Assembly: GCA_017631055.1 (NCBI GenBank)
Contig: JAGBTZ010000043.1
Span: forward strand, 2,895 to 66,894
Direction: 5' to 3'
Origin: Alistipes sp.
Lineage (GTDB): Bacteria > Bacteroidota > Bacteroidia > Bacteroidales > Rikenellaceae
DNA length: 64,000 bases
Below, one piece after another: positions 26,027 to 36,856 of the stretch (the stretch's first letter is position 1; the number at the start of each line of letters is the position of its first letter). The translations under genes and the position numbers were made by a program. The notes below the pieces were generated by a model, which was not told where the DNA came from, searched no databases, and saw nothing but the letters and a program-made list of their open reading frames with translations.

Positions 26027-27589
26027 CTAAAAGGGTGCATCCTCAATGTTGACCGGCGCCCCGAAGTTGCCAAACTCATTGTTGGGCAGCGCTCCGAGCG
26101 CATCGCCACCGATAGCACCTCCCGTCACGCTCTCGCTGGCATAGTCCACATATTGCTGCTGACCCTGCGCCTCACCTCCGAGGGGCATATCTGCCGTATC
26201 GAGGTCGGCAAAGCGAGCCTGCTCCTTGAGGAATCGCAACTGCACATCGGTAACGGCTCCGTTACGGTGCTTGGCGAGGATAATCTCGGCAATACCGGCT
26301 GTGGGCAGTCCATCCTCGGTCTGCGTAAAGCCATAATACTCGGGGCGGTGGATAAATGCTACGATATCTGCATCCTGCTCGATTGCACCCGACTCACGAA
26401 GGTCCGAAAGCTGGGGTCGCTTCGAGCCTCCACGCGACTCGGTACTACGGTTGAGCTGCGAGAGGGCAATGATAGGCACATCCAACTCCTTGGCAATAGC
26501 CTTCAGAGTTCGCGAGATGAATGCCACCTCCTGCTCGCGGTTACCCTTCGAATCCTTGGTACCGGTCATCAGCTGGAGGTAGTCTATGATGATGATTTTG
26601 ATGTCGTTATGAATCTTCAGACGGCGAGCCTTCGAACGGAATTCGAAGACCGACAATGCCGGGGTGTCATCGATGTAGAGAGGTGCTTTGCCCAACGGTT
26701 TAACCTTATTTTCGAGGTGGCGCCACTGCTCGGGCGTGAGGCGACCGCTTCGAATATCGGTACTGCTCAAACCGGTCTCGGCCACAACCAGACGCATCAT
26801 CAACTGCGTAGCCGACATCTCGAGCGAGAAGAATGCCACACCTGTCTCGTGCTCAACAGCCATATTGCGAGCCATCGACAACACAAAAGCAGTCTTACCC
26901 ATCGAAGGACGAGCCGCCACGATGATAAGGTCCGAGAGTTGCCAACCCAGAGTAATGCGGTCGAGCGACATAAATCCCGAGGGGACTCCGTTGAATGCTC
27001 CGGCACTCTTGCTCGCCTCCTCGATTTGGCGGATGGTACGTTTGAGGACATCCTCGGCATTCTGCACCGAGCGCTTGACGTGACCCTCGGCAACCTTGAA
27101 AATTTCGCTCTCGGCAAAACCGATAAGCTCCGTCACATCGGTCTCCTCGTCATACGAACGGCGCTGAATTTCGGTTGCCGAACGGATAAGTTCGCGCTGT
27201 ACATACTTCTGAGCCACGATTTTGGCATGGAACTCCACGTTCGCAGCCGAGCCCACCTTGCGGGTGAGTTGTGCCAGATAGGTTGCACCTCCGACCTTGG
27301 TGAGTTGCTTCTTCGATTTGAGTTTCTCGGTCACCGTGAAGAGATCTATCGGCTTGAGTTCAGCCGAGAGCTCCTCGATGGCGCGATAAATCAGGCGATG
27401 CTCCTCGGTGTAGAAGGCTTCGGGGGTGATAAACTCCTGAACGGTGATAATAGAGTCGCGCTCGAGCATCAAAGCTCCCAGCACAGCCTCCTCCAATTCG
27501 ACTGCCTGCGGTGGCACGGTCGCCACAACATCCGTAACGGTATCGTATGCTTCGCGGTTTCGCGATGATGGTTTGAAATCTTTTGCCAT
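26027..27589 (-). CDS. dnaB: Replicative DNA helicase
   Basis: PPQAVELEEAVLGALM, AARPSMGKT, IIDYLQLM, LSQLNR, LRESGAIEQDAD, KHRNG; start MAKDFKP at 27589; no intein. Confidence 0.96.
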   Translation of the reverse strand: MAKDFKPSSRNREAYDTVTDVVATVPPQAVELEEAVLGALMLERDSIITVQEFITPEAFYTEEHRLIYRAIEELSAELKPIDLFTVTEKLKSKKQLTKVGGATYLAQLTRKVGSAANVEFHAKIVAQKYVQRELIRSATEIQRRSYDEETDVTELIGFAESEIFKVAEGHVKRSVQNAEDVLKRTIRQIEEASKSAGAFNGVPSGFMSLDRITLGWQLSDLIIVAARPSMGKTAFVLSMARNMAVEHETGVAFFSLEMSATQLMMRLVVAETGLSSTDIRSGRLTPEQWRHLENKVKPLGKAPLYIDDTPALSVFEFRSKARRLKIHNDIKIIIIDYLQLMTGTKDSKGNREQEVAFISRTLKAIAKELDVPIIALSQLNRSTESRGGSKRPQLSDLRESGAIEQDADIVAFIHRPEYYGFTQTEDGLPTAGIAEIILAKHRNGAVTDVQLRFLKEQARFADLDTADMPLGGEAQGQQQYVDYASESVTGGAIGGDALGALPNNEFGNFGAPVNIEDAPF

Positions 27590-27777
27590 TGTCCTCTCTT
27601 GAATTTCGAACAACAAATGTATGCAAAGATTTGCGAACAAACAAACGCCCTCGGCTTCCGGTTGTTCACAACTCTGTTCAAAACCCTTTACCAAAGGTAA
27701 TTATAGCCCCACAGAAGAGTCTCGGGCTGTTTTTGTGTGTTGAAAAGTATCGAAAAGTTTTAATCCTCAACCCTCCG

Positions 27778-28500
27778 CTATCGGTCAAAACCGAACTCCT
27801 TTTGAGATACCGAGAGTGTTGCCACACTCACCTTCACGCCTTCGCATACAGCAAAAATCGCTTCACAGCAGGCAATGACGGTTGCTCCGGTCGTGAAGAC
27901 ATCGTCTACCAGCAAAACGTGTCGTCCCGAGAGCAGTTCGGGCTTGCGCACCTCAAAAATTCCCTCGACATTGCCCCATCGCTCGTTGCGGCTATGGCGT
28001 GTCTGGCTCTCGTTATTGACCTTGCGCACCAGAGCATGGTGTTCGACCCCGACTCCCAACACCGAGGCGATGCCATCGGCGATATAGTCCGACTGATTAT
28101 AACCTCGCTGCAGGCGTTTGCGCAGATGCAACGGCACCGGAACGACAATATCTACATCCTGATAATTACCACTTTGGAGCAACGTATGACCACACCACAC
28201 ACCCAATCGGTGGGCTTTGTTCCAACGACCACGATACTTGAAGTCGTGAACAATCCTACGCCAATCACTCTCGGCAACAAAGTAGAAGAGAGCCGAGGCG
28301 TGGGTTATGGGCACCAGTGCCGACAATCGCTCCTTCATCGGATTGTCGACCTGGGCAGCAAAGCCCGTCATCGGAATTCGGAAACGGCAAGCCGTACAGA
28401 CGAACTCCTCGCCCTCGACAAGGAGATCCCCACAGACAGCACACTCCCGAGGAAAGAGCAGCGCCAAGATGTCGGAGATTATGTTACGAAGCATCGACAT
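27778..28500 (-). CDS. comF: ComF family protein (double zinc ribbon plus PRTase-like)
   Basis: FPRECAVC..VCTAC, PVPLH..RGYNQS, LLVDDVFTTGAT. Confidence 0.9.
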   Translation of the reverse strand: MSMLRNIISDILALLFPRECAVCGDLLVEGEEFVCTACRFRIPMTGFAAQVDNPMKERLSALVPITHASALFYFVAESDWRRIVHDFKYRGRWNKAHRLGVWCGHTLLQSGNYQDVDIVVPVPLHLRKRLQRGYNQSDYIADGIASVLGVGVEHHALVRKVNNESQTRHSRNERWGNVEGIFEVRKPELLSGRHVLLVDDVFTTGATVIACCEAIFAVCEGVKVSVATLSVSQKEFGFDR

Positions 28501-30694
28501 TGCAGATGGTTACGATATTGCGATACTCTTTGGGGCTCAGTACCTCCTTGAGCACCTCACGCAAAATCTGACGTGCTCGGGCAAACGAAGCACCGCTCTC
28601 GATTTTGAGCATAATCTCCACGATATGCTCGCCACGCACCCTATCCACGGGCGGAATTGTCGGGCCGAGGACTCTGCGCGAGAAGCGTTTGCGCAACTCT
28701 TCGGCCAACCCCTTCGCTGCGCGGTGCAAAATCTCGGCATTGCGGTAGCGCATAGTAATTGCGACTATTCGGGAGTATGGCGGATAGAAGAAAGAGTTTC
28801 GCTCGGCCGACTGCTCGCAAGCCATCGACTCATAATCGCCCCGAGCCACCTGGCGCAAAACGGGATGCTCGGGCTCGGCAGTCTGAATTACCACTTCGCC
28901 CCTCATTTCGCCTCTGCCACCTCTACCCGCAAACTGCATAATGGTCTGAAAGGCTCGCTCCGAGGCTCGGTAATCGGGGGCATTAAGCAGATTGTCGGCA
29001 TTGAGCACACCCACCAGCGTAACTCTTGAGAAATCAAATCCTTTGGTTATTATCTGTGTACCGACCAGAATATCGGTTTCGCCACGCTCAAAGGCCTCGA
29101 CTATGCGGTTGCAGGCGCTCTCAGAGGTAAGCGTATCGCGGTCGAGTCGAGCAACTCTTGCCTCGGGGAAGAGGGCAGCAATCTCCTGCTCGACCTTCTC
29201 CGTGCCGAAGCCCATAGGCATCACCTCGGCACTCTTGCAGGCCGGGCATCTTCGGGGCTGTGGCTCGTTGTATCCGCAATAGTGGCACGTCAATCGACCT
29301 CCGCCATGCAGCGTGAGCGACACGTTACAGTGTGGGCATCGCGCAGTCCAGCCACAACTCTCGCACGCCACAAAGGGCGACACTCCTCGTCGGTTTTGGA
29401 AGAGCAACACCTGCTCGCCTCGCTCCAATCGCTCCTCGATTTTGTCGAGCAGAACTTTATTGAAATGGGACTTACGCTCGCCACGCTTGGCGGCTCGTAT
29501 CGTATCCGAAATAATCACCTCGGGCAGTTGTGCCCCGCCATAACGCTCAGACAGCACCACCTCTCGATATTTGCCCGTAGCGGCACGCACATAACTCTCA
29601 ATCGAGGGCGTTGCGCTACCCAGCAAGACCTTTGCGCCATTGAGATATGCCAACATCACAGCCGCATCCCTACCCTGATAGCGGGGTGCCGGCTCGGTCT
29701 GCTTATAGCTCGAATCGTGCTCCTCGTCAACAATAATCAGTCGCAGATTGCATATCGGGAGAAAGAGTGCCGAGCGTGTTCCGAGCACCAACTCACCACC
29801 CTCGGAGCAACCCAAACGGTGAAAAATCTCGCTGCGGCGCAGATTTGTCAGCTTCGAGTGGTACGGTGTGACCCTCTCGCCAAAGACCCGCCTGATGCGG
29901 GCAAGAAGTTGAGAGGTCATCGCAATCTCGGGCACCAGATAGAGCACATCGCCCCCCTCGGCCAAGGTTTGGGCCGCCAGGTGCATATATATCTCGGTCT
30001 TACCCGAGCCCGTAACACCTCTCAATAGCACAGTCTGCACCTTGTCGAAATCGCTTATAATTTGCTCCAGCGCCCTACTCTGACTCTCCGAGAGGGTCGG
30101 CAAAACCGACACATCAACCTCGATGGCCGACGACTCCACCTCTCGCTCGACCACCTCGACCACGCCCTTCTTACGCAGGGCAACTATCGCTGCAGGGTCA
30201 CACTCCGCACGGCGCACCTCGCCCCTCTGCTCGAGCAGGGCAAGCAACTCATACTGTCGCGGAGCACGGCGTTCCAACTTCGCCCGCTCATCCAAAGAGA
30301 GCGCTCCCAACAATCGCACAAAACTCTCTGTACGAGGCCGGAACTGCTCTCGGGCAAACTCCTCCTCATCCGCTCCCTTGGGTTTGATAAGAGCCGGCAG
30401 AGCCACTCGCATAACCTCACCCAGCGTACACATATAGTAGTCGGCAATCCACTCCCAGAACTTCATCTGTCGGGGCGAGAGCAGGGGTTGGTCATATAGT
30501 TTTTGAGAGATAGTTTTTATTCGCTTGGCATCGGGTCGAGAGTCGTGAATGCGCCACACGACACCCGTATAGACAGCCTTGACACCAAACTGCACCGCCA
30601 CAGCATCGCCCTCCGATAGAGCACACCCCTCAGCGACCTCAAAAGTATAGGTCGGCTGATAGAGTGGTAACACTATATCGGCATAGAGAGGCAT
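28484..30694 (-). CDS. priA: Primosomal protein N' (replication restart helicase)
   Basis: GVTGSGKTEIY, LVPEI, DEEHDSSYKQ, QNRRG with four CxxC pairs, GTQ.ITKGFDF, Q.AGRGGR. Confidence 0.95.
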   Translation of the reverse strand: MPLYADIVLPLYQPTYTFEVAEGCALSEGDAVAVQFGVKAVYTGVVWRIHDSRPDAKRIKTISQKLYDQPLLSPRQMKFWEWIADYYMCTLGEVMRVALPALIKPKGADEEEFAREQFRPRTESFVRLLGALSLDERAKLERRAPRQYELLALLEQRGEVRRAECDPAAIVALRKKGVVEVVEREVESSAIEVDVSVLPTLSESQSRALEQIISDFDKVQTVLLRGVTGSGKTEIYMHLAAQTLAEGGDVLYLVPEIAMTSQLLARIRRVFGERVTPYHSKLTNLRRSEIFHRLGCSEGGELVLGTRSALFLPICNLRLIIVDEEHDSSYKQTEPAPRYQGRDAAVMLAYLNGAKVLLGSATPSIESYVRAATGKYREVVLSERYGGAQLPEVIISDTIRAAKRGERKSHFNKVLLDKIEERLERGEQVLLFQNRRGVSPFVACESCGWTARCPHCNVSLTLHGGGRLTCHYCGYNEPQPRRCPACKSAEVMPMGFGTEKVEQEIAALFPEARVARLDRDTLTSESACNRIVEAFERGETDILVGTQIITKGFDFSRVTLVGVLNADNLLNAPDYRASERAFQTIMQFAGRGGRGEMRGEVVIQTAEPEHPVLRQVARGDYESMACEQSAERNSFFYPPYSRIVAITMRYRNAEILHRAAKGLAEELRKRFSRRVLGPTIPPVDRVRGEHIVEIMLKIESGASFARARQILREVLKEVLSPKEYRNIVTICNVDAS

Positions 30695-30740
30695 ATTTTC
30701 GGTTTGTTGAGGTTTAGAGTGAGCCGCTATTGAGCGTTAA

Positions 30741-31634
30741 TCAGACCTTATTCAAGGCATCGAAGCCCTTGCCATAGACACCCATCACCGAGCCAACCGA
30801 GATGAAGGCATAGGGGTCAACCGACTTGGCAATTTTGAGAATCATCGAGGTATCACGCTTACGGCAAACCACCATCACAATCTTCTTCTCCTCCTTCGAA
30901 TACCAGCCCTGGGCATCGAGCAGCGTAGCACCACGATTGGCCTTGTAGAGCATTGCATCCGCCATAGCCTGATAGTCGTGGGTGACGATAAATATCTGGT
31001 TTGAGTTGTTGTTACCGGCCTGAATCATATCGACCGTGTAGCCAAAGACCGCCACAAAGACATATCCGTAGATTACGCCATCGATACCGAAGTCGCTCAC
31101 AAAGAGAGCCGAGGCTATGATGATAAAGTCCGAGAATACCACGATACGGCCATAACTGATTTTGCGATACTTGTTGATAATCATCGCAACGATGTCGGTA
31201 CCGCCGGTCGAGCCACCCTGACTAAAGCAGATTGCCACTCCGATACCCGCAAAGATACCTCCCATAATTGCCGAGAGCAGACGGTTGTTCAGGTTGAACA
31301 GATCGGCTCCACCCGGGATGAGCGTTTGCAGAGTACTCATCGCAACCGACAGAACTACAATGCAGTAGATAGTCTTGATGCCAAATCGCCAACCAACGAC
31401 AAAGCCGGCAATAAGCAACAATAGAGCGTTGAGCAAAAAGAGAATCACACCCATCGACAAGCCTCCGTCAATGATGTGATATATCAGCAGGCTGACACCA
31501 CTGGCGCCACCACCCATACAGTTTGCGGGCAGAATGCAGCCAATCCAACCAAATGCGTAGATAAACATACCGAGCGCCATCAAGAAGTACTCCTTCAGCC
31601 CGATTAAAATCTTGTGTCCGATAGACTCTCTCAT
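30741..31634 (-). CDS. YitT family membrane protein
   Basis: GGASGVS, GGSTGGTDIVA, RGAT, D..AFISV..V.GVYGKGF; start MRESIG at 31634 or TTG at 31646. Confidence 0.88.
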   Translation of the reverse strand: MRESIGHKILIGLKEYFLMALGMFIYAFGWIGCILPANCMGGGASGVSLLIYHIIDGGLSMGVILFLLNALLLLIAGFVVGWRFGIKTIYCIVVLSVAMSTLQTLIPGGADLFNLNNRLLSAIMGGIFAGIGVAICFSQGGSTGGTDIVAMIINKYRKISYGRIVVFSDFIIIASALFVSDFGIDGVIYGYVFVAVFGYTVDMIQAGNNNSNQIFIVTHDYQAMADAMLYKANRGATLLDAQGWYSKEEKKIVMVVCRKRDTSMILKIAKSVDPYAFISVGSVMGVYGKGFDALNKV

Positions 31635-31876
31635 CTTCTCATGCAATTAACTTGTTGCAAAGATAGTAATTTTGGCGTATCGTGATACACTCGGGGCAAA
31701 ATTTATACCTCCAACCCCGATTTGCACTCGTTTGTTGCCAGTTTAAGGCTTGCTCCACCCCATCAAAACCTCGCTCGGAGGCGCTCGGCCGACAATCTCA
31801 ATGCTCCGAATAACCATTATCGCTGCACAAATGATCATTTTTTGCAGATAATTTGACCTCTCTCATACTTTTTTAT

Positions 31877-31884
31877 TAAATTTG
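31877..31884 (+). promoter_or_regulatory. -7 promoter element of fumarase
   Basis: TAAATTTG, 40 nt before the ATG; divergent TATCTTTG for yitT at 31658-31665 (minus). Confidence 0.6.
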
Positions 31885-31924
31885 CCGAATAAGAAACAAC
31901 GTAAATCATAAATATATTCAGAAA

Positions 31925-33535
31925 ATGGCAGAGTTTATCTATCAGGAACCGTTTCCTATCGAGGCAGATACCACCGAGTATCGCCTTTTGACCAAGGATT
32001 ATGTGAAGGTCGTAGAGTGTGACGGCCGTCAGATTTTGAAGGTTGACCCGAAGGGTCTTGAGCTTCTGGCTAAGGAGGCTTACAGCGATGTATCGTTCTA
32101 TCTGCGCGCTTCGCACCTCGAGAAGTTGAGCAACATCCTCAAGGACCCCGAAGCAACCGACAACGACAAGTTCGTGGCTTACACAATGTTGCTGAACCAG
32201 TGCGTGGCAGCCGAGGGCGAACTCCCGACCTGTCAGGATACCGGTACCGCTATCTGTATCGGTAAGAAGGGCGAGGATGTCTACACAGGTGCTGATGATG
32301 CAGAGTGCATCACTCGCGGTGTCTACGAGACCTACAAGGAGCGCAACCTCCGCTACTCGCAGGTTGTCCCCTTCACAATGTGTGACGAGAAGAACTCGGG
32401 TACCAACCTCCCCGCACAGATTGACCTCTACGCAACCCAGGGCAACGAGTACAAGTTCCTCTTTATGACCAAGGGTGGTGGCTCGGCCAACAAGACCTTC
32501 CTCTATCAGCAGACCAAGGCGCTCCTGAATGAGGAGTCGCTCACCAAGTTTATCACCGAGCATATCAAAGACCTCGGCACTTCGGCTTGTCCTCCCTACC
32601 ACCTCGCAGTCTGCATCGGTGGTACATCGGCAGAGATGTGCTTGGCTACCGTTAAGAAGGCTTCGGCGGGTTATCTCGACCATCTGCCCACCTCGGGTAA
32701 CGAGGGTGGCCGTTGTTTCCGCGACTTGGAGTGGGAGCAAAAGATTCTCGAAATCTGCCAGAAGAGCGGCGTAGGTGCGCAGTTCGGTGGCAAGTATCTT
32801 GTTCACGATGTTCGCGTTATCCGCGCTCCGCGTCACGCAGCTTCGTGTCCCGTAGCTATCGGTGTAAGTTGCTCGGCAGACCGCAACATCAAGGCAAAGA
32901 TTACCCCCGAGGGTATCTTCCTCGAGCAGTTGGAGAAGAATCCGGCTCGTTTCTTGCCGGCAGAGGCTCCCGCAATGACTCCTGCAGTAGATATCGACCT
33001 GGATGAGGGCATGGACAAGGTGCGCGAGATTTTGACCAAGTACCCCATCAAGACTCGTCTGAATCTGAAGGGTACGCTTATCGTGGCTCGTGATATCGCT
33101 CACGCACAGATTAAGAAGATGCTCGACGAGGGTAAACCCATGCCCGAGTACTTCAAGAAGCACCCCGTATACTATGCCGGTCCTGCAAAGACTCCGGCAG
33201 GTATGGCTTCAGGCTCGTTTGGCCCGACAACCGCAGGTCGTATGGACCCCTACGTTGACCTCTTCCAGAAGAACGGAGGCTCGATGGTGATGGTTGCGAA
33301 GGGTAACCGCTCGCAGGAGGTTACCGATGCTTGCCAGGCAAATGGCGGCTTCTACCTCGGTTCGATTGGCGGTCCGGCTGCAGTCTTGGCAAAGAACTCG
33401 ATTAAGTCTGTCGAGGTTGTCGACTTCCCCGAGTTGGGCATGGAGGCTGTTCGCAAGATTTATGTCGAGAATTTCCCCGCATTCATCATCGTAGATGATA
33501 AGGGTAACGATTTTTTTGCAGACTTTAAGCACTAA
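31925..33535 (+). CDS. Fumarate hydratase class I (Fe-S)
   Basis: [54 protein letters not shown]. Confidence 0.95.
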   Translation: MAEFIYQEPFPIEADTTEYRLLTKDYVKVVECDGRQILKVDPKGLELLAKEAYSDVSFYLRASHLEKLSNILKDPEATDNDKFVAYTMLLNQCVAAEGELPTCQDTGTAICIGKKGEDVYTGADDAECITRGVYETYKERNLRYSQVVPFTMCDEKNSGTNLPAQIDLYATQGNEYKFLFMTKGGGSANKTFLYQQTKALLNEESLTKFITEHIKDLGTSACPPYHLAVCIGGTSAEMCLATVKKASAGYLDHLPTSGNEGGRCFRDLEWEQKILEICQKSGVGAQFGGKYLVHDVRVIRAPRHAASCPVAIGVSCSADRNIKAKITPEGIFLEQLEKNPARFLPAEAPAMTPAVDIDLDEGMDKVREILTKYPIKTRLNLKGTLIVARDIAHAQIKKMLDEGKPMPEYFKKHPVYYAGPAKTPAGMASGSFGPTTAGRMDPYVDLFQKNGGSMVMVAKGNRSQEVTDACQANGGFYLGSIGGPAAVLAKNSIKSVEVVDFPELGMEAVRKIYVENFPAFIIVDDKGNDFFADFKH

Positions 33536-33577
33536 ACGAGCAATCTCTTGCGTTAGATAAGCAAGATTTAGTTTGTG

Positions 33578-35416
33578 ATGAAAAATATCTTCAGGAAGAC
33601 AGTTCTGACAGTAGTGATGCTCCTTGTGGGCATCACTACGTTTGCAGCCGAGAGTGTATCATTCAAGGTCGATGCCCCGATGATAGTCTCGGTGGGAGAG
33701 GCTTTTCGTGTCGAGTTTGCGCTGAATGCCAAGCCCGACAAGGGGACTTTTGCCGCCCCGGCCTTCGAGGGTTTTGATGTCTTGGCGGGACCCGCCACAT
33801 CGCAAGGCTCCTCGGTGCAGTGGATTAACGGCAATATGACCAAGAGCGTAAGTTATACGATAACCTACGTTCTGCTGCCACAGAGCAAGGGTACTTTCAC
33901 GGTCAATGCCGCCACAATCGAGGTCGAAGGCAAGCGTTACTCGACCCAACAGACCCAAATCGAGGTCAAGGAGGGGGGCTCCCAGCAAGGCCTGTCGCAA
34001 GGCAACGAAGGTGGCAACAACATGGAGGCACAAGCCCAAGGGCAGATATCGAAAGATGATCTTCTGTTGCGACTAACCTTGTCACGCACAACGGTCTACA
34101 AGGGAGAGCCTATTCGTGCTGCGCTCAAACTCTACAACCGTGTAAGTCTGGCCGACTATAACATCTCGAAGATGCCTTCGTTCAACGGCTTTTGGACTCA
34201 GCAACTCGAGACTCAACGTGAGCCTTATCGCGAGACCTACGAGGGCAGAGTTTATGATGTCTATAACCTCATAGAGTATCTGCTCTACCCCCAGCAGTCG
34301 GGAACGCTGACAATCGACCCCATAGAACTTACGGCAGTGGTGCAGGTTATCGTTCAGGATAATTCGCACTACGACCCCTTCTTTGGCGGTGGTCGCGAGA
34401 TATACAATGTCCGCCGCGAGCTCTCATCGCCACGCCTGACTGTCAACGTCAAAGAGTTGCCGGCCGGTGCACCCGATAGTTTTGCTGGCGCTGTGGGTAA
34501 GTTCCGCATGGAGGCAACACCCTCGGCCTTGCAACTCGCAGCCAACTCGGCATCTTCGTTCAACGTGCGCATCTCGGGCTCGGGAAATCTCGCCTTTGTG
34601 CAGGCTCCGACACTCACTCTGCCATCATCTTTCGAGCAGTATCAGGTCAAGAGCACCGAGTCGTTCAAGTACTCCGGCTCGGGAACTTCGGGCTATCGCA
34701 ACTTCGAATATCCCTTCATTGCAAGGGCCGAGGGCGAGTATGCGGTGCAACCGGTGAAGTTCACCTACTTCGACCCCGAACACAAGGAGTACGTCACTCT
34801 CTCGGCTCCGGAGTTCAACTTCAACATCACTCCCGACACGAGCAGTGCCTCCTCTCCGCAGGTTGTGCAGGGCATCTCGAAGGAGGATGTACGACTGCTC
34901 GGGAACGATATCCGCTTTATCAAGCTCGGCAAGCCGGCATTGCGAGAGAGTGAGCCTCCCACACTATTCTCGACAACATACTTTGTAACAATACTCTGTA
35001 TGATTTCGCTCGCATTGGGAGCATACACCTACATCAGCCACCGCCAGCGTGAGCGCAAAAACACTGTTTTGGTGCGTGGCAAGCGAGCCAACAAGGTTGC
35101 CGTTCAGCGTTTCCGCTCAGCCGAGAGATATATGCATGAGGATAACCGCCACGACTTCTACAAGGAGATGCTCAAGGCGTTGTGGGGCTATATGAGCGAC
35201 AAGTTCAATATCCCCGTGGCAAACCTCACCAAGGAGTATGTGCGAGAGGCGTTGCAGAGGCGCGGCATATCGCCCGAGCAGGCCGAGCGCTACACCACGA
35301 TAATCTCGCAGTGCGACGAGGCTCAGTATTCGCCCATGGCTTCGGCTCAGATGAATGAGGTCTACACCGAGGGTATCAACATCGTTTCACACATCGAGTC
35401 GCACATCAAAAAATAG
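33578..35416 (+). CDS. batD: BatD family protein
   Basis: Signal peptide, F.VLAGP.TS..SSVQ.ING, GAVGKF, C-terminal TM and ALWGY.SDKFNIP; adjacent to batE. Confidence 0.88.
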   Translation: MKNIFRKTVLTVVMLLVGITTFAAESVSFKVDAPMIVSVGEAFRVEFALNAKPDKGTFAAPAFEGFDVLAGPATSQGSSVQWINGNMTKSVSYTITYVLLPQSKGTFTVNAATIEVEGKRYSTQQTQIEVKEGGSQQGLSQGNEGGNNMEAQAQGQISKDDLLLRLTLSRTTVYKGEPIRAALKLYNRVSLADYNISKMPSFNGFWTQQLETQREPYRETYEGRVYDVYNLIEYLLYPQQSGTLTIDPIELTAVVQVIVQDNSHYDPFFGGGREIYNVRRELSSPRLTVNVKELPAGAPDSFAGAVGKFRMEATPSALQLAANSASSFNVRISGSGNLAFVQAPTLTLPSSFEQYQVKSTESFKYSGSGTSGYRNFEYPFIARAEGEYAVQPVKFTYFDPEHKEYVTLSAPEFNFNITPDTSSASSPQVVQGISKEDVRLLGNDIRFIKLGKPALRESEPPTLFSTTYFVTILCMISLALGAYTYISHRQRERKNTVLVRGKRANKVAVQRFRSAERYMHEDNRHDFYKEMLKALWGYMSDKFNIPVANLTKEYVREALQRRGISPEQAERYTTIISQCDEAQYSPMASAQMNEVYTEGINIVSHIESHIKK

Positions 35417-35422
35417 GCTGAT

Positions 35423-36235
35423 ATGAAGAATTTTATGATACTATTGTTCAGCGTGCTCTGCACGTTATCGGTCTGGGCACAGGATGCAGACTCACTTGCA
35501 ACCAAACCGCTCTCACAGGCTGAATTGGAGCCCTCCTACTCGCCCGAACAGGCGTGGAGCGCAGCCAATGAGGCCTACATTGCCGGAGATTTCGCCCGTG
35601 CTGAGGAGTTGTACTCTCGCATTGTGGCCGATGGCAAGTTGTCGTCAAAACTATACTTCAACCTCGCCAATGCCCTCTTTAAGCAGGATAAACTCGGCGA
35701 GGCGATACTCTACTACCATCGTGCATTGCGACTCGACCCGGGGGATGAGGATATACGCCACAATCTCTCCATTGCCGAGAGCCGCACCAAGGACCGCATA
35801 GAGCGTGTCCCGGAGTTCTTCCTCAAGACCTGGTTGCGCGAGGTGCGTATGTTGCTGAGTTGCCGCAGTTGGACCCTCGCCTCGTTGGTTGCGCTGGCGA
35901 TTGCGTTGGCCCTCGGCCTACTGTTTGTTCTTGCCCAACGTCTACCCCTGCGCAAGGTGGGCTTCTACGGAATGTTGGTAGCCGCACTGCTCTTTTTCGC
36001 CACAACGTGGTTTGCCGCTGTGGAGCGCCGTGTGATACTCGACCGCGAACAGGCGGTGGTGATGACCTCGACCGCATCGGTCAAGAGTTCGCCCGACCGT
36101 TCGGCTTCGGACCTCTTCGTGCTGCACGAGGGTACAACACTGCGAGTGGTGGGAACACTTGACGACTGGAGCGAAGTGGTGATTGCCGATGGCAAGAAGG
36201 GCTGGCTCGAAAGTGCACGAATAGAACAAATTTAG
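35423..36235 (+). CDS. batE: BatE: TPR plus SH3-like protein
   Basis: YFNLANA.FK..LGEAILYY.RALRLDP, two TM helices, LFVLHEGT..GKKGWL. Confidence 0.88.
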   Translation: MKNFMILLFSVLCTLSVWAQDADSLATKPLSQAELEPSYSPEQAWSAANEAYIAGDFARAEELYSRIVADGKLSSKLYFNLANALFKQDKLGEAILYYHRALRLDPGDEDIRHNLSIAESRTKDRIERVPEFFLKTWLREVRMLLSCRSWTLASLVALAIALALGLLFVLAQRLPLRKVGFYGMLVAALLFFATTWFAAVERRVILDREQAVVMTSTASVKSSPDRSASDLFVLHEGTTLRVVGTLDDWSEVVIADGKKGWLESARIEQI

Positions 36236-36247
36236 CCCCTATCGACT

Positions 36248-36844
36248 ATGTCAAGATTGTTGCAAGACGCTGTAAACGAGCTTTCGAAGCTCCCCGGAAT
36301 TGGTCGCCGCACCGCACTCCGCCTCGCGATGCATCTGCTGAAGATGGAGCGCGAGAGTGTGTTGCAGATGACCGAGAGTTTGGCTCGTTTTCGCACCGAT
36401 ATACGCCACTGCGCACAGTGCAACAACCTCTCGGATGAGGATATTTGCCCCATTTGTGCCGATGCGGCTCGTGACCGCTCGACAATCTGCGTGGTCGAGC
36501 AGGTGGGTGATCTGCTCTCAATCGAGAACACACACCAATATCGCGGTCTTTACCACGTCTTGGGCGGAGTTATCTCGCCCATGCAGGGCATAGCCCCCTC
36601 GGATTTGAAGATAGACCTGCTGATTGAGAATATCGCACGCGGAGGTGTGCGCGAGGTGATACTCGCCATCTCGACCTCGGTCGAGGGCGAGACTACCCTC
36701 TTCTACATTATGAACCGACTCCGAGCCTTCCCCGATGTGAAGGTTACATCCATAGCCCGAGGCATAGGCTTTGGCGATGAGTTGGAGTATGTAGACGAAC
36801 TGACAATCACACACGCACTTGCCAACCGCCGTGAGGTGGAGTAA
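36248..36844 (+). CDS. recR: Recombination mediator RecR
   Basis: LPGIGRRTALRL, C..C.N....ICPIC, YHVLGGVISP, EGETT, LEYVDE.T. Confidence 0.96.
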   Translation: MSRLLQDAVNELSKLPGIGRRTALRLAMHLLKMERESVLQMTESLARFRTDIRHCAQCNNLSDEDICPICADAARDRSTICVVEQVGDLLSIENTHQYRGLYHVLGGVISPMQGIAPSDLKIDLLIENIARGGVREVILAISTSVEGETTLFYIMNRLRAFPDVKVTSIARGIGFGDELEYVDELTITHALANRREVE

Positions 36845-36856
36845 TACCCAAGATGT

